Shown piece by piece: positions 37,726 through 50,435 of a stretch of 64,000 nucleotides of DNA. Made by a program: the position numbers and the translations under genes. Source of the stretch: Eledone cirrhosa (Eukaryota); assembly GCA_964016885.1 (NCBI GenBank), contig OZ024743.1, positions 364,436,001-364,500,000 on the forward strand, written 5' to 3'. The notes below the pieces were generated by a model. That model ran no database searches and was not told the origin of the DNA. It saw only the letters and a list, made by a program, of their open reading frames with translations. Each line of letters opens with the position of its first letter. Position 1 is the first letter of the stretch.

Positions 37726-38596
37726 CAAGGTGTGTCAGAAAAGTTCCAGGACTGATGTCACTAAAGATTTATTTCAAACCCAAACTTCACACTAAGAGTT
37801 TTCTCCTTCAAAGTAATCCCCCTGGAGTATGTAACTGTAATCTTAGCTCTCTGCAGCGATCAAACTTTTTTCTTCATAATTTTATATAAATGTCCCCTGT
37901 TTCAGGTCGTCAAGCAATGAGCACAGAGCAACGAACAAATTTGAAGTTTCTGGTACGTCAGAAGCACTGGGATTGCTGCAGCAAGTGTATGGAGATGAGA
38001 CGATGTCACACTCACGTGTTTTTGAGTGGTGCAAAATGATCCCCAGGAGCGGAAGGCCCTCAACAACCAGGACTGAGGTCAACGTTGAGCGCGTCAGGCA
38101 GATGGGGCGTAGCGATCGTCGGCTGACTGTTCGACTGATGGCAAATGAGCTGGGCATGAATCGGGACAGTGTCTGGGAGATTCTCACTGAAGATTTGGAC
38201 ATGCGAAAAGTCTGTGCAAAGATGGTGCCAAAACTGCTGAACGGTGACCAGAAGGGTCGACGTATGCAAGTGTGCCAGGACATCCTTGAGCGTCTTGAAA
38301 CCGAACCAGACTTGCTCGGGACAGTTATCACCAGTGATGAGTCATGGATCTTCGAGTACGACTCGGAGGGGACCCGTTTTGAAGACGTGGACGACATCAA
38401 AAAGGCCGTGATGACGGAACTGCGGAGGATCCCGGAAGAATCCTTCCAGGAGTGCATGCAAGCGTGGCAGAAAAGGATGGAAAAGTGCATTAGACTCCAG
38501 GAGGATTACTTTGAAGGAGAAAACTCTTAGTGTGAAGTTTGGGTTTGAAATAAATCTTTTGTGACATCAGTCCTGGAACTTTTCTGACACACCTTG
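37726..38596 (+). mobile_element. mariner element, internally deleted, long TIRs
   Basis: TA TSD; 103-bp TIRs (37726-37828 / 38494-38596); ORF 37973-38530 with HTH, RSGRP, MVPKLL and ITSDESW fused directly to the C-terminal RFEDVDDIK. Confidence 0.93.
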
Positions 38597-38719
38597 TATA
38601 TATGTATGTGTATATGTATATACATACACGCATACATACGTACATACATACACAAACATTCATACACTCATTCACACATAAATACATACTCACATTCATA
38701 TACATGCGCAAATATACAT

Positions 38720-41700
38720 TAGGGTGTTTCATATTTATAGGAAAGATTTGTTTTATTGTTGGAATCACGTCATGTCGATTGCACCCTGAATCCATTTCAC
38801 ATAAAAAGCAAAAATACAGGAAGATACAGATATATTTAGAGGTTACACAGTTTGGTGCTTTTTGAATGCTATGCCAATATAATGAAAAAAAATCACTTTA
38901 ACACTTGTAGCCAGATTCCTCTACACCACCAGCACGACTATTATGACACAACCACTGCCAATACCATTTTTCCTCCACCATCACCCCAAGTGCTCCTGTG
39001 TTTTCTCTACCATCACGTCAAACTCCTGGAGACATTTACAGTTGCTGTAAAAAGCACTAGCTAGAAGATCCAGGAAATGTGGGGAAAAGCAAATATCCCT
39101 ACCAAAATGGAAAAAAACATTCATACTTCAATCATGAAATTGTATAAGGAGTATCGAGGATTGAAAAAAGATAAATCAAAGATGACTGACAAAACAATTG
39201 CAAAGTGTAAGATTTGGAAAGGTGATCTCGAGGAAATGTTTGCTATTGCAAGCCAAGACATTCCATCTGAAGAGAAAGCTTTCTTAGAGACACAGTGAGA
39301 AGATTGGATGTCTTCGTTGATGGCTGGTGTTGATGCAGAACATGTGAGAGCCATTCAGAAGAAAGAAATTGTGGGGCTAGGGTGCTAGAAGTGCTGGGTT
39401 TTTTTTTCTTCCAGAAGTGAGGGGTCAGTAGCATCACATCGTACTGGAAAGGAGAGCCTCTGATGTTGAAGAACAGAGTGCACTGCTATCAGCATACTCT
39501 GAAAAGGGATGCTAGAAACTAATTTGAGGGGGAAATGCAAAGATGGATTGAGGAAGGTATATTAATCCCTTGGAAGGAAGAGATAAAGAATGGTGGGTTG
39601 CCATTAATGGCAGTAGTGTAACCAACGAAGAACAAGGTCAGGCAAGGGCTGGACGTTTGTGAATGGAATGAACACATGTCATGTCACATAAGCAATGAGG
39701 TCACAGATGTCTGCAGAGAAACCTTACAAGAGGGGAGACAAATGACAAAGGCCTCCACGATTGTCAACTTAAAGTCAGCATAGCTGCAACTGCACATAGC
39801 TAAGAAACTACAAGTATCAGCTGGTCAAGTATAAGGGCCGGACATACTGCCTCACCAGCACCAAAGATCATGGCGATAGCCCTCAAAGCCATTCAAGGGA
39901 AGGTGAACAAGGTGAAGAGGGCCACTAATTCCTATATTGACGATGTCTTTGCAGATGTGATGGTGGTGTCAGCAACAAAGGTGGCAAGCCACCTAGGAAG
40001 GTTTGAGTTAACCACGAAACTGCCAGAGGTGATGGAAGGAGGAGCTGCACTGGGACTCGGGCTGCGGAGAGACAATACAGGCATATTGTATTTCAGAGGG
40101 GAAATTAAGCCCTAGAGCTGGGCACCAGCATAGACAATTAAGAATTTTTCTCAATGTGCAGGAAATTGGCGGGCCACTATCCACTCGGGTAGCTCCGAAC
40201 AGCATGTAGCTATGTCAAGAGATAAGTAGATGGGGTGAGCTGCGGAGACATAGTGGGGAAGAGGATGGTGGCCATGATGCAGGAGATCGTGGAGAGGGTA
40301 ACGGTGGAAAACCTAATAAGCAGAAGCTGGTACGTACCCAAAACAGGACCATATGGTTTGATGCCAACAGCATAGCACTAGGGGTCACTCTGGAAATAAG
40401 GGGTGTCGAGGTCGAGTACACAGCCTAGCTCAGTAAGAAGGAAGATTGCTTCCACATCAATGTGACCGAATTGAATCTCGCCTGGAGATGGGGGCTGCGC
40501 ACCATAGAGATTCAGCCTATGTACTCATATAAGTGAGATCAGTACTTACTAGTGAAAGGGTTTGTCCCATTAGAGGCAAGTTGTGTCTGATGACCGTGTC
40601 TCGCTCATATAGGTCTGTTTCTGGTTGGTATTCTACCGCTGGATGCCCTTCCTGATGCCAAACACATTTACTGTGCCATGGGACCTTTTGCTGTCTCCTA
40701 CATGTTCACTTTACAGTGAGAGGGGCAGAAGAAATGTTAACAAAGCACTGCCTAGGAACTCTGGGAGCTGATTGCTGAGTTTGGCCTGAAGTTGTGTGTG
40801 GTCTTTGTGCCCTTGGAGAAAAATAGGGCGGACATCCTAACTAGGGTGACAAAAGCATGACTGAAAGTGCCAGAGCATGCGGAAAAGGGGATAGCTGCAG
40901 TGTGTCAGCTGAGTGACTCGGAGTTCAGTAGGTTGCATACCATGCATCATATGGGAGTGGATAGAATCCTATTCCTAGCCAGGAAAGTTGACTCCGATGT
41001 TACCAGACAGAGTGTCCAGAAAGTGGTCAGGAGGCACTGTTCTGGTACAACATATTTCCTCAAGTGGGACAGGCTGAGGAGTTGGTGCCACATAGGGCAA
41101 TATATAGATATGAAAGGTGACATCTGTGCATATTATTACAATGACCTGTGGAACAGAAAAAGAATGCATTTGTACAAGTGGGCGAAGAAGTCTGGGTCAA
41201 GCTCCCAAATGCGCATTGCACGTGTTAATGGGGAAAGGGAATGGTAATAGCTGTAAATTCCTGAAACAACATCTCTCTAGACAGAATGCTGTGTCATGTT
41301 TTTGATGTCCGCAGGGTAGTTGATTTGACTGACTTCGGAGAAGAGGAGAATGAAAGTGTAGCCCCCCAACTGGGCAGAGATCGCACGGGAATGCTGCTCA
41401 CCCAAGTGGATGACAGACATTGACATGGAGTGATATGATAAGGGTAATTGATCCATGAGATCAAGAGGCATGTGAGGCTATGGTGCTGGAAGTGCAGGGG
41501 AGGTCATGCAGGAAGCAAGGGACCAGTGACGTCACATCGGAAGTTTGCACAGTATTTCTGGAACTCCTTTGTCTGAGAGCTGTACTGCATGCAACATGTG
41601 TGTTCGTGGCTGCTATGATTGAGTGTGTGGGGCTTGCTATTATTCTTTAGCTGGAAATAAAAAAGGTGAACATCTGCGCAGGGAGATTCAGTCCAGACAT

Positions 41701-43624
41701 ATGAAGATGCAAATGTAGGTCTCTTCACTCTCTACAACAGAAATGAAGATTCAAAAGTAAGAAAGAGATAGCAGAATGAAGAATTCAAGATGTCTAAGAA
41801 AGTAGCTCTTGAAAGTTTGTCATCCAGTTCAGCTATTACTGATGATGATGATGAAATCTTTAAGTCAGCACCACCTTGAAAATCATTGCAATTAAATCCA
41901 ACTCTCAACACCTCTCTTGTTGCCATGCGGGAACAGGAGAAACTATTAGTATGACAAACAAGTACTTTTTGCATTGTAATTGCGAAGAATCTTGGTCATG
42001 ATGTGTCTGAACTCTCGATTTCCCCCAACTGTTTATCAAGCAAGAACCAGTCGCCATAAGAAGATGACTCAGGAAATCATGTTATCTGCTTTACCACCTG
42101 AAGTCAGATCCAGGCTAGTCCTCCACTGAGATAGAAAATTATTACCATCGGCTTCCAGATCCAGTACACTCAAAGATCAGATTGTAGTTTTAGTTATAGG
42201 AAAAGGAAAGCAGGAGCTCTTAGGTGTTCTGATTGTAAGAGATGGAACCAGACAAGTTGCTGAAGTTAATTTGAAGAAAATTCAACGACTCAAAATTGAG
42301 GATAGAATAATCGGTATGTCATTCAACACCACTGCCCATTACACCAATACACCAAGGAGCCAATACGAAAATTGAAGCAGCTCTGAAAAAATTCATCTTG
42401 TGCATGGCTTGCCGCCATTGCATTTTTGAACTAGTTTTGAAAAAAGTCTTAGATCTTTTACTCATCATCTGTTCCCAGTCACTCACTGTTCCAAAAGTTC
42501 CAGGAACTTTGGGACTCCTTAGATAAGTCTCATTATCAAACTATCCTCAACAATGATGAGCTCAAGGAAGATTTGTTCAAGCAAAAGAGGGAGGAGATGT
42601 TTGAATATCTACTGACTGCACTGCTTTCTGGAGATCATCCTCAAAAAGACTATGCCGAGTTCATAAAGCTCTCCCTTCTCTATCTTGGTGGTTGGCCATT
42701 GCCCAGTCCTCTTTCTCAGTCACAGGAGCTTACCACCAGGCTCGTTGGATGGCTAAGCTTACACCATGTGAGTCAAGAGATCTACAAGAGTTACTTACTT
42801 TGTGGCTTTAGTGCATATAAAATTCTGGAATGAAGCAATGATTCCCAGATGGGCTCCAGAGAATGATCTCGAATGATAAAGCTACTACCAATGTATCCTG
42901 ACCAACAGATCAGAACTGTGGCAGAGACAATCCTTCGGCATCACCTGTAGTACTTGTCAGAAGAGTTAATAGTATTGGCTTTCTTTGATGAAAGACTTGG
43001 ACTGGATGAGAAGAAAAAAATGTTCCCAAATCTAACCAATGAAGAAAAAAAGAAGAGGATGAAGAAAGTTGAAGGGTAAGGAATGGCTTTCGGCAACAAA
43101 GAACTGAGTGACTCTGTTACAGAGAAAACAAATATCTATTTCTATCTGCTTGACAGTATCCTAAACAATTTGGATTTTTGCACTGACGGTGACATCAAAG
43201 CATCTGTTGATGCTCTGAAAGTTGTAAATGTAACTGCTGAGGGAGGTATTTATTCCATAAAGTAGTTTAATGATTCTACGGAGGATAATGATTGTTGCAG
43301 AACAAAAGAAACAAATGCCCCAGAGAACAAATCCCAATATTATTGTGTATTTAGAACATATTCCTCCTGCTTATTTTCATTTAATTTTGTTCTGTCGTGT
43401 GGTTTCCTCACTGGATTCAGTAAAGTGAACGGAAAGGACAATACACCACAGGCCAGTTCCAAAAAAGAAATAATCATTGTAAATAAAAAGATGTGAAAGT
43501 GTGCAAACGCTAAATATTATTCTATTGACCTATAATTTGGCATACTTTGTTATTTCATCAACTTGAATATGGGTGTAATCAACAGGAGATGAATGGCAAA
43601 TAGTTTGCAAAATGGAACACCCTA
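38720..43624 (+). mobile_element. Decayed hAT-like (possibly hATm-type) DNA transposon split by a Gypsy insertion
   Basis: TIRs TAGGGTGTTTCAT / ATGGAACACCCTA; 8-bp TSD atatacat/atatatat; transposase relics WGKANIPT, MACRH, HQARWMAK, RHHL*YLSEEL..LAFFD, LKVVNVTAEG. Subfamily assignment is from memory. Confidence 0.75.
39370..41739 (+). mobile_element. Second Ty3/Gypsy element, heavily deleted
   Basis: Perfect 5-bp TSD gaaat (39365-39369 / 41740-41744); truncated 5' LTR tgtggggctagggtgctagaag; 3' LTR 41471-41739; RT YIDDV; sequence similar to 26530-29680; SINE fragment at about 40560-40715. Confidence 0.88.
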
Positions 43625-43639
43625 ATATATATATATATC

Positions 43640-44420
43640 ATTATCATCATGTTTCCACAAATGGTGCAGCCAGTTGTTGGGGTGCCACTCTAGATGCTTT
43701 CACAGTCAGTCATCGCCACTGGTCTCTATTCTCCGTCATGCGTAGAAGAGTGTCAGTGTTTTAACCAGTCCAGTCTTTAATGTTGTCAGACCAGGATTTT
43801 TTTGTCTGCTTCTTCTTCACCCTCCCTCGACTGTGCCCTGAAGGATAGTTTTAGACAAGGAGTTATGGCAGGATACATGACCATATGAGGCAAGCTTCCA
43901 TCTTTTCACCATCGTAAGGAGTGGTTCCTGTCTGCCAGTATATTTGTTAGCTTGCTACCTGACAAAGCTGTTTGTTTTGTGTTTCGTGAAGAGGATGTGT
44001 AACAATCTTGTAAAGCACTTGTGCTTGAATGCCTGGATTCTTCGTTCCATGTTAGCTGTGAGAGTCCAACTTTCATACCCATACAAAAAGATCAAAGTTA
44101 CCAAGGACTTGTATAATTTGAGTTCCATTTAAAAACTAATGGAGTTGCTTTTCCATATGGCATTCAGCTTTACGATGGCAAAAATGGCCAGGGCAAGTCT
44201 TGTCAGTATCTCCTTTTGAAATCTGACGTCTTTGGTCTGAGCAGATCCTGGGTACTTGAAGGTGTCCACTTCTTCAAGACTTCCTTTGTTCAATATGATA
44301 TTGGTTGCTATATTTTTATTATTACTATGAACCAGAATCTTGCATTTTTCTGAGCTGATCTTAATTTCATATGCTTCTGATGCTTTTCCAGTCTGGTAGT
44401 GAGCTCCTGGAGTTCCTGCG
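43640..44420 (-). mobile_element. RTE 3' fragment (family C)
   Basis: Minus strand EEVDTFKYPGS, LYGYESWTL, KLASYGHV, KTILQGTVEG. Confidence 0.8.
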
Positions 44421-45627
44421 AATATTGGACGTGATCCATAAAAATGTCTGTAAACGTCAAAACATAACGTAAAATATAGGCCAGCAAATACTGTATTTTG
44501 TTATTAATAATTTAGCATTAAAAAGCCTGAAAAAAATATTTTGCCACAAAAAAATCTATAAAAAATCACGGAAGATATTTATGATTCCGTGAATATGCAA
44601 TGGTTTCCACAAACAATTATTAGTTAGGTTCTAACAAAAATTCCGCAAATAACCAGGACCACGAATGCTGGGATACTCTGTATACACACACACACACACA
44701 TCTTCATACGACACTAAATGAAACAAAAAATGGTTTAAAGAGAGAATTTATTTCGTCACCACCACATACAATTTCTTAAATTAAATTTTATTAAAAGTCA
44801 ACTTACCACTGATGGTTTTTTTCGTTTTTAGTAAACGGCAATCTCTAATCAATAATTTTACATTCATTTAAATGAAAGAATTACAATCATTTTTTCTTTC
44901 ATGTATTCTTTAATCATTATCAAATTTTATTTAATTTTAAACATTTTTCTTTTACTAAGAATTAATTTTGTTATGTATGGTGATTACCGTTTACTTAAAA
45001 TGGAAGAACACCTTATCACTTTGGGGACACTATTTTGATGATCTATCTTATATTCTAGGAGTAACTTTTATGCAACTTTCTTTATATTTAATTTCTGAAT
45101 ATTTTCCCTAATTTATGAACTATTAATCTAATTTTTCGTATGCAAGTAAAATAACAGAATTTGACTTTTACTTTAGCTGTTTATAAAAACTGTCTGTATC
45201 CAACCAGAATTCTCTCACCTATTTCTGTTCAAACCAGCTGTAACTGGCTTAACTGATGTTAAGGTATTGTTCTCAAAATAAATAATATCAAAATCTCATA
45301 GATTTGATATTATGTGAGATAATTATATGAAATAAAGTGTTTACTATGAAAATATAATAGTATATATAGAGTAATGGTGAAATACCTCCACAGAACATTT
45401 CTTGACTTTCTCATATTAACTTTTTACATTTCTTTTTCCTCCTTTAATATTTGCTTTCATTTACCTTACACAACTGCTGAAATTTATATTTTCTGTTTGG
45501 AAATTTTTATATTTTCTTTTACAGAAATAATAAAGTTCAGATGTAACGAATATGATTTACAAAATAAACAAATCGATAGAAATTAATCAGAGAAAATTTG
45601 GGACATAATATGTACACTCAATTACAC

Positions 45628-45800
45628 GCTACTGCAAAGTGGTCGTGGAGGTGCCACGGCAAAAAAGCACCCAGCACACACTGTAAATGAGGTTGGTGTT
45701 AGGAAGGGCATCCAGCTGTAGAAATCAAGCCAGAATCAGTTCCTGTCCCACCCTTGCAAGCAGGGACAAGCGGACGTAAAATGATGATGATGATGATGAA
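45628..45800 (+). mobile_element. SINE 3' half with RTE-derived tail
   Basis: ggttggtgttaggaagggcatccagctgtagaaa...cccacccttgcaagcagggacaagcggacgtaaaatgatgatg; copies at 20085-20270 (reverse) and 57725-57890. Confidence 0.8.
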
Positions 45801-46000
45801 CAGGGAATATTGATGTTTTCCTCTAAAAATGTTTGAGGCAAACCAATACACTGACAGCACTGCTGGAATAATGAAACATCCTCACAGGCACCACCTGATA
45901 CTTCAGTAAAGCTAACCACCAACAAGAACTTCATGGTCAGCAACCCAGCTCCCCAAATATCTTGAACGTCACAGGTTGAAAAAATAGTTTACCTAATAAT

Positions 46001-46184
46001 TGTTTCTACTTTAGGCACAAGGCCAGCAATTACCCAGTTCATTACTGGTACTTTATTTTATCGACCCCGTAAGGATGAAAGGCAAAGTCAACCGAGGCGG
46101 GATTTGAACTCAGATCGTAAAGGGACGTAACTATGCTGGAAAGCATGGTGTCCAACCCTCTACCGATACTGCCAATCCACCGCC
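46001..46184 (-). mobile_element. Young tRNA-derived SINE
   Basis: Near-identical to 4376-4560; 14-bp TSD gtttacctaataat. Confidence 0.87.
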
Positions 46185-48834
46185 GTTTACCTAATAATGT
46201 TCAAATGGAAGTGTATTTAATTCGTGTGTTTTTAATAAATATATATAAATTAATATAAATGTTTACAAAACGTAAAAATGACTACATATTAAAGTTAACT
46301 AATGTCTTATCTTTCTCTGTCAAGGTATTTCGCTTTTATCTTTTATAGAAAGTTAAATAATTTGTTATTTTACATACATAAAATTAATAATTATTTCTTA
46401 TTAGTTGATTTACAGAAAAGAATCAATGCTTATGAGTCATTGCAATCTTCTTATACTGGGGGTTGAGGGCGTCTATGCTTGCTCCCCTTTGATGGCTAAC
46501 ATCTTCTCTTTTCCAACATGGACTAGTTCCAACAGGGAGATGGATGAAGCTCTACAGTTGAAGAAACTAGGTTTGTCAATTTCTGATACAGAGGAGGATA
46601 GATTGAAGCAGAGAGTTGGGATAATCTGCGTTCTTCAATTGTCTCTTTGATCAATCTGATCAATTCTCAAGGTGTCACCTACTTTCCGTGAGTGAAAAAT
46701 TCTTAGGGTTGCTACACTACTTCTAACCAACATCGGTGCTATACTCAGGTTGGATGAGCTCCGCATTTTCATTGCACTCAGAGTGGGAGCTGTTATCTGT
46801 GGGGCTCTGAAATGCTGCTGTGGTAGGTCCCTTGATTCCACATGTCTTCATGGTTTGTCTTGCCACCACCTGAATGCTGAATACTGAGCTAAACTTAATT
46901 ATTAAGTGGGCCTTGGCTTGGGTAAATATCCCACTCAATTCTGGAGCCAGCTGGATTGTCCAAAGTTGATGGGGAGAGACCAGATGGTCAAACCCTTTGT
47001 CCATGGGTAAAAGGTAGATGTCTCATTTGAGCCACCACAGTCAGTGACTCTTTTGTTACTTCCCATGATTTAGAATGTATTAGATCACTACATAGAATAT
47101 GTTAGGACTCACTTTGTTATTGGTTTTTTAATGCAGCAGGCAATTTCTTTTCTATCCACTTTTTCAAAACTTTCTTTAATGCTATTTTTGTAATGTTTGA
47201 GCATAATCCATATTATAAATGATTTTATCCAAATGCAACTGCAGTAAATTATAATGTTATTTATTTATGTGTATATTGTTTTCAGGAGTTTTTCCATATG
47301 TCAAATGCTTTGAATTTATTTAGCTGTTAAGAAGCAGCTACTATTAATTCTAAGAGACTGTTTACTTATTTGCTGAAATTGAGCTTGTTTTTAGAATAGG
47401 TCACTGTTAACCTTTTCCTTGTAAAATAATTTATACTTTACTGAATTGATGTTTGTTTTATGTCTGATTATACATAAAACACATCCATTCATATGGCAAT
47501 TGAGCTTATTAAACTCTTGCATAGTTTATTTTTCATATTACATCATTTTAGTAGCTCCTGGGTCATATTAACCCATGGTTGGGCTCCTAAGCTTTCAGGT
47601 ATCACTCCACTAGAAAAAAAAAAAAATGAACAGGCCCTCGAGGTGTCAGCCTAGCCAACCTTATAAATAATAGTCTTGAGTAGCTCCATACTTTTCTTCT
47701 GTATAGTTTTGTTTGGTTTTAAATGATGTCCTTGTTTGGTACAATTCATTGGATTAATTCAGTTTATGAAAATAATAACCTTGCTATATATTTATCATTG
47801 TAGTTGTGTAAGCGATAAGTTTTATCTAGAGCAATGATTTTCAAATGAGTTGATATTGAATAATTCAACATGTCCCAATAGTAAACAAACACAGATTTCC
47901 ACTTTGTTGTGGTTTTTAGACCTTTTCTTTTGACAAGAGGATATTTCCTAAAATATATATTTCTAAGGTAACATTGCAACTCCCTAGTTATTGTTATTTT
48001 TAATATTTAATGTTCTATTTAAATGGCTGTCACCTTCTAAAATAGTTTTTAGTTAATTTAAGCATTAACTGTGAAAACGACTTAATGTAAACATGGTTAA
48101 AACTAAGATATTACTTAACGGAATTCACAAAAGTTTGAAACCACCAGAGATGAGTCATTGCTTGATATGTACAAAGAGAATATCTAGAAACCTAATATTG
48201 TCTAGTCATCACAAAAGTGGTGCGATGAGATTTGTATCAGACTAAATGAATAGACTTTGGAAGAGCTAATTATGGATTACTGAAAAAAAAAATAGTTCAG
48301 TTCAATTTCACTTATTTCAGTGAAAGGGAAGATAGCAGTGTGTAGGGTTTGAAGCTGTGGAACATTCAGAATCCTGCTGTTTTATTTGGTAACAAAAGTT
48401 GCGCTTTCTGTTAGAAAGCTAGATTATATAGAAGATGGACTGCCATGATATAAGAATTAACTTTTAAAATAAATGGCTTTTAATCCTTTCATTACCATAT
48501 TTCTAATAAAGTATACTGCCTATATATTTCAAATAATTCTGAAAATAAAAAAAAAACATTGGAGAAATTTTATAAAATTAACTAATTAGTAAGCTGTTAT
48601 TTGAAACATCATTTAACAAAAATGTTTATTAAAAAATTATGATGGATGATTTTAATATAAATATGAACACTTTAAAATGGGCGGTTTTGATTCATAAAAC
48701 CAGGACTGGTAGCTGGGTTATATAAAGTACAAAGGATTTAACAAATCTGTTGGATATAAACAGCATTTTTAGATCTTTACAGTATAGAAGACTTCACTTA
48801 ATATTGATGAGTAATACAAATAGATAGTAAATGC

Positions 48835-49615
48835 TAGGTGTTGTAAGTTGATGGTTGAAATTTTATGTGGAGTCTCTACTCTCCTAAAAGGGTTGCCGTT
48901 ACTATGGCTTACGGAGTGATGCTTTAAGGTAGTGAATGCAGAAGACATGCATAGACAGAAGAGAAATGAAGCAACTATGCTTCATTGGATGTGCAATGTT
49001 AGAAAGGCAGAGCTTGATCAAGCTGAGGGAGAAGCTAAATTTAAAAGGAATCCAAGGTGGTGTGCAGGGGAGAAGACTGCATTGGTACGGACATGTGATG
49101 CACATAGATGATGATCGAGAGATGAAGAAGTGCCAGGAATTACCAGTGCAAGGAAGCTGCAGTAGGGGTAGACCAAGAAACTCTTGGGCAGACAAGAAAA
49201 AGACATTATTTTTATGAGAGAAAGATTTAAAAAGATTCTTCTTCCTGGGAAGGTTGTGGAGGCAGAGTCCTCACTCCTTTCGGCAGGCCCTGTCAGAAGC
49301 AACCATCTCAAATTGATCCAACTGGATCTCCAAGTGAGACCAGATGAGCTCATGGATGTTATCCAACCATCTTGCTCTGGGTCTCCTGCCAGTTGGTTTT
49401 GCTCGTAAAGTCTGCCCAGCGATTCTTTCCTGAGACATTCTAACCACATGTCCATAATATAGGAACTATGATCGCTCAATTCAGAGAAGTAGCATCTCTA
49501 CCTAGAGCAACTCTGATCTCCAAGCCATGCACTCCATCAAGTAATGTTACTCCAAAAACGCTTCAGAGGAACTCCATTTTGGCTGCTTGTATTCTTTTGG
49601 TCATGGCCATGAATC
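48835..49615. mobile_element. Two convergent RTE 3' fragments (family A plus strand 48835-49190; family B minus strand 49235-49615)
   Basis: RLHWYGHV...GRPRNSW on the plus strand; YYGHVVRM on the minus strand. Confidence 0.75.
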
Positions 49616-49984
49616 TAGTAAAAGTTTCAATAGTTTAATTAATAAATGATGGCTACAGCTTATAAAAAGTGAACAGTGGGGTCAGTATGTCACTTTGACA
49701 CAACAGACTGAGGCTTGACCAACTTTGATTGGGTCACCTGGATGACGGTGTATGTTGTAAGATCCAAAACACCTTGTAACTCCAGGATACAACTTTGATG
49801 TATCCAAGGTTTTGCATTTGTGAAGAACTTGAAACTAAAATGAGGAAAATAAAAATAAAAGAATTTTTTTCTTCTTTGCCCTCTTATTCCCAAGAGGATT
49901 GAAGGAGCAGAGACCACAAACAGTCATGAAGAATTTTTCATTTAATTAATTGAAACAATTTAGCATTCAGTAATCAGAAGGGAG

Positions 49985-50435
49985 GTGCGTGTAAAAGCCA
50001 AACTCGTTATCTTCAATTAAGTGTTCGTGCCAACCCTTACCTATGGTCATGAATCTTGGATAATGACGAAAAGAATACAATCGCGAATACAAGCGGCCGA
50101 AATGGGGTTCCTCCAAAGGGTCTTTGCAGTAATGTTACTTGATAGAGTGCACTCCAGGTAGAGCAGCTACTTCGTTGAATTGAGAGATCAAAGCTCCGAT
50201 ACTATGGGCATATGGTTAGAATGTCTCAGGAAAGAATCGCTGGACAGATTTTACGGGCAAAACCAGCCAGCAGGAGACCCAGAGATGGTTGGATAACATC
50301 CATGAGCTTGGCTGGTCACACTTGGGGATCCAGCCGGGTCAGTTGGAGACAGTTGCTTCTGACAGGACCCGTTGGAAGGAGTGTTTGAGGACTCTTCCCC
50401 CATGACCCATTCAGGAATAAGTAGGGGCAGAAGAA
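49985..50435 (+). mobile_element. RTE 3' fragment (family B)
   Basis: VFVPTLTYGHESW, AAEMGFL, LRYYGHMVRM. Confidence 0.8.

Noticed and set aside
37882-38490. 202-aa minus-strand ORF
   Set aside because: Antisense of the mariner transposase.
46420-47050. GC-richer segment with short ORFs
   Set aside because: Stops in all frames and no identifiable motif; probably an old TE.
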